A stretch of 64,000 bases of DNA from an uncultured Nitrososphaerota archaeon (lineage in GTDB: Archaea > Thermoproteota > Nitrososphaeria > Nitrososphaerales > CADDZS01): positions 1,056,001 through 1,120,000 of the forward strand of contig CAWCYI010000004.1 of assembly GCA_963799845.1 (NCBI GenBank). Reading direction: 5' to 3'. This document shows, one piece after another, positions 61,039 through 64,000 of this stretch. The translations under genes and the position numbers were made by a program. The notes under the pieces are model-generated. The model ran no database searches, had not been told where the DNA came from, and was given only the letters and a program-made list of their open reading frames with translations. The first letter of the stretch is position 1, and each line of letters starts with the position of its first letter.

Positions 61039-61456
61039 GTTATGCCGGCGCCTCGGATCCAATCAGATTATACAATCCACGCAGGTCTTCCTCTCCACGC
61101 TGTTCTTTTTCCTGTACCTGCAGACCTTTTCTGTTTTCCAAGGCTATCGTTTTACCTTCATTGATTTATTATGCCAATTTTGACCTGTTCTACACGGGGG
61201 GGGCAATTCTGCGTACCGAAGAGTTCAGTTCAAGCTCTTCGGCGAGATTTCATTTGTTATTGTTTGATATTCAAAGTGAACTCAAAAGTAAACGTCTCGC
61301 GTCAGCCTGTAAATCCGGTCCTAAGTCTCGTGGTACTCAAATCTACTTTGATTAGACCTGTTGGGGCGGTCGAAATTCTCGACAGAAGAATAGGGAGGAT
61401 CTCTAGCTCTCGCGATTCAATCTAAACGGAAACTGGGATTTTTGCGTGATAGCATC

Positions 61457-62519
61457 CTAATGTTTGGAATAGTAATCGGCCACTGCTCTAAACGACTCCT
61501 TCGGCTCCCAGGTCATATCCGGATAAGTCGTGCCATGCCTTCCGTCATCATAATATTTCACTAGGCTCGAGCTCGCTATGTCGAGATCGAATCTGGGATT
61601 GTCATTATAGGGGGTTATTTCAGAAATGAATTGGAATATGAAGGCACCATCAACACCCACTTCGTCGAGTGCGGAGAGATTTTCTATCAGTTTGCGTGCC
61701 TGCCAACCTTCATCACGAATGTGATCGACATTCAGGTGCGGTCGTACAAATCGACCCACAAATGGTACCTGATGCAAGAACTGCGATTTGTGGTCGACGA
61801 TATCCCCGCCCAATCCCGCCGAGCTCAAAAATCCTTCTGAGCCGAGACCTCCTTGACACGTCCCATAACCGAACTCGGTTATTTCGACCGGCTTGTTGTG
61901 TATGAAAGACGGTTTTAGAAGTTCAATGTACTTGTCCTCAATGCGGGTGATTCGATAGTGATCAACTCCAACAAAATCGAAAAGACTCCAATCGACTGCT
62001 TCCCAGACGAGTGAACGCGTAAGTAAGCTTGCCGTGAAAGACTCCTCTAACTGCCGCGGCGGCCTTAGCCAAGAAGGCATTCAGCGGCTTGTTGTGTTCC
62101 CCGGCCATCACGCTTGCCCGCAGATTCTTGTTGGCAATCCTTGCCGCGAAGTTTCTACCTTCGACGATTCCTCGCATGAAGAGAGTCAACTCTGAGCCTA
62201 CGCTCAAGACCAACTGGTCCGGCCACCGCTGACGCAATGTCTCCGCGGATGCAGCGGCTCTCATGATGTAATTCAGCGTCTCTTCCTGACCCTTGTCCCA
62301 CATCTCAGGCGAAAGCCAAACTTCCAGCCCTTGCTTTAATGCATCCTCGGTAGCTATCATCAGCCTTTCAATGTCGAGGCCGCAGATCCTAATGGCATTG
62401 CAATGAAGGTCGTTCTTGATGATCTCTAGTTCGCGGTGAACTACTTTTGGATCAAAGCCAGGTCTCCAATTAAATCCCATTACTCGGCCCACGTCGTAGC
62501 TGACCCCTTTTCGTATCAT
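61457..62519 (-). CDS. TIM-barrel glycoside-hydrolase-superfamily protein (often mislabelled 'abortive infection protein'); frameshift at ~62015
   Basis: GVSYDVG, LHCNAIRI, VGSE, FHGKLTYA, VGVDHY, ITEFG and WEPKESF motifs. Confidence 0.75.
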
Positions 62520-62531
62520 CGATGTCTGTCC

Positions 62532-63140
62532 TTACTGGGAGTCTGGCTTCAGAATCCTCAGTATGATCCGATCATCAGGAAAGTTCTGATTGGAAGTCTT
62601 TGGATCGCCCAAATTGATTCTCTTTACCAATCCATCAATGCAGGCAATTAGAGCGGTTAACAGCTGGTCAGGATCATCTTTTGCAACCTGACCGGAAGTC
62701 TGCCCTTCGACAATGAGCTGTCGCATTGTGTCGAGAATGATTCTGCCGTTTTTGCGAACGAGTTTGCGGAGCTCCTCGGGCATCTTTTCGTCTGCCAGAA
62801 CTTGGTAGAGGAATTGATAGAACTCCGGGTGCTCTCGTCTGTCCTTCAATAAGTATGAAACCAGGACTGTCAGACGCTCGCCTGGTGTGCCTTGAATTTC
62901 CTTAATGCGGGCAGCTGGTCCACCCCCCGATTGTGCGGACCGCTTCACCAGTGTGGTCAGGATCTCTTCCCTACTTGCAAAGTATCGATACGCCAGACCC
63001 TGACTGACCCCTGCTTCGACAGCCACATCGGCCATCGTTGCACTGCTACCTTTTCGTCCAAAGACGATTCTAGCTGAATCGAGAATCTTCTTCTCTGTTT
63101 CTTCTCGAATTCTTTGATTGGACTCTTTGGAACGCGGCAT
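62532..63140 (-). CDS. TetR/AcrR family regulator
   Basis: ILDSA..VF...ATMADVA..AGVSQGLAYRYF HTH. Confidence 0.93.
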   Translation of the reverse strand: MPRSKESNQRIREETEKKILDSARIVFGRKGSSATMADVAVEAGVSQGLAYRYFASREEILTTLVKRSAQSGGGPAARIKEIQGTPGERLTVLVSYLLKDRREHPEFYQFLYQVLADEKMPEELRKLVRKNGRIILDTMRQLIVEGQTSGQVAKDDPDQLLTALIACIDGLVKRINLGDPKTSNQNFPDDRIILRILKPDSQ

Positions 63141-63156
63141 TTCGGATCAGATTATT

Positions 63157-63183
63157 AATGAATGAACGAATTATTCATTTAAA
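63157..63183 (-). promoter_or_regulatory. Palindromic operator AATGAAT-N9-ATTCATT abutting the TetR gene TATA box
   Basis: Palindrome 63157-63179; TTTAAA at 63178-63183. Confidence 0.65.
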
Positions 63184-63283
63184 GATGTCCCACATTTCGT
63201 TCCCAATTAAAAGTAGCACGCTGTCAGACATTGAAAAACTGATAAAGTTCGATTAAAGCCAAGAAACATGGACTGATTTTCGG

Positions 63284-63565
63284 ATGTTTGTCAACATGGC
63301 TACCGTTAAACCACTTCCAGGCAGGGAAAGGGAGCTCGCGGACAGAATGCGCGCTTTTGCAGAAGCTATCAAGAACCAGCCGGGAATAATCGGAGTGCAC
63401 GTGCTTTCCGAAAAAGGCACTAATGCACTTGTGGGCATATCAATGTGGACTGACGAAGAGTCTTTCAATAATGCCATGACGGCTGTGAGTGTCCCGGCTC
63501 ACTCGCCACAAGCAGACTCTTTGCGTTCAGATCCTCCACTCGTACGACAATTCATTGAGATTTAG
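63284..63565 (+). CDS. Antibiotic biosynthesis monooxygenase (ABM)-like dimeric alpha/beta barrel protein
   Basis: KPLPGRE...QPG...SMWTDEESF. Confidence 0.8.
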   Translation: MFVNMATVKPLPGRERELADRMRAFAEAIKNQPGIIGVHVLSEKGTNALVGISMWTDEESFNNAMTAVSVPAHSPQADSLRSDPPLVRQFIEI

Positions 63566-63579
63566 GAAATCGATTCCGC

Positions 63580-63723
63580 CTAACCGGAACCAATTCTGAA
63601 TATTTTAGTCCCGCAGACTGGACAAACGCCCTGCATCGCAGGCTTTCCATTTTTCATGGTAACTTTCTTCGGATCCTTCATCTCTCTTTTAGCTTTGCAT
63701 TTTACACAATAAGCTTCAACCAT
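63580..63723 (-). CDS. DUF5679-type small basic zinc-finger protein (47 aa, below ORF-track cutoff)
   Basis: Manual translation MVEAYCVKCKAKREMKDPKKVTMKNGKPAMQGVCPVCGTKIFRIGSG*. Confidence 0.9.
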   Translation of the reverse strand: MVEAYCVKCKAKREMKDPKKVTMKNGKPAMQGVCPVCGTKIFRIGSG

Positions 63724-64000
63724 TTTACTTCGAACGGGGCATCCGACTGAATTGGTATAACAGTCTTACGCGTGGGGACTTAAAAAGTGCAGATAAATAG
63801 ATTCTGTAGTGGGCTCCCTTCTTGAAAAGTCGTTGAATCCGATCAGATAGTTAATTTAGTACAACATGTTCTTTTTGAAAATCCGACTTCCTAATTTGCA
63901 AATTCTTTGGAGAAATCTTTCCGTAGCATGCTCTGTAAGTCCTGCATGATTTCTAGATGATTGTAAAAGTAGGACGGTCTTATCGCTTCCAGATGAGTCG

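Noticed and set aside
1-64000. CRISPR arrays, rRNA, tRNA, IS elements, prophage
   Set aside because: No regularly spaced repeats, RNA-gene signatures, transposase, integrase or viral structural motifs found by eye.

Overview
This looks like a 64-kb segment of an archaeal chromosome. Evidence is TATA-box promoters, short or absent leaders, and NitrOD5-like and DUF5679 proteins. It is most consistent with a Nitrososphaerota lineage (inference; no rRNA or marker gene is present). (1) 1-12.9 kb holds a BMP-type ABC transporter, a DUF1116/AllG-like protein, carbamate kinase, small hypotheticals and an MgtA-type P-type ATPase. Seven promoters here share a palindrome (ATTCTCA-N4-TGAGAAT) sitting 11-13 bp upstream of a TATA-like box. 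One of these promoters appears to drive an unannotated ~230-nt nested-stem RNA (6857-7088), the best candidate for a new system. (2) 13-31 kb is metabolic: bacterial-type folP-folB-folK, a HerA-like ATPase, two enolase-superfamily enzymes, HtrA, proBA and msrB, plus a candidate 10-aa peptide MPAKKTKKKK with a hairpin. (3) 31.5-55.8 kb is an island of about 20 membrane-anchored, Thr/Ser/Asn-rich surface proteins. Five carry a paralogous 'GDEWG' domain shuffled with prealbumin-like and YVTN beta-propeller modules. The island also has a catalytically degenerate G1 peptidase and an ACT-V4R protein with an inserted DUF5679 zinc finger. (4) 55.8-64 kb is ordinary accessory genes. About 14 frameshifts and in-frame stops occur, several at AGCT/GTAC/GGCC tetramers; they may be long-read consensus errors. 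I saw no CRISPR, tRNA, rRNA, transposase or integrase. All family calls are by-eye motif recognition, not database searches.
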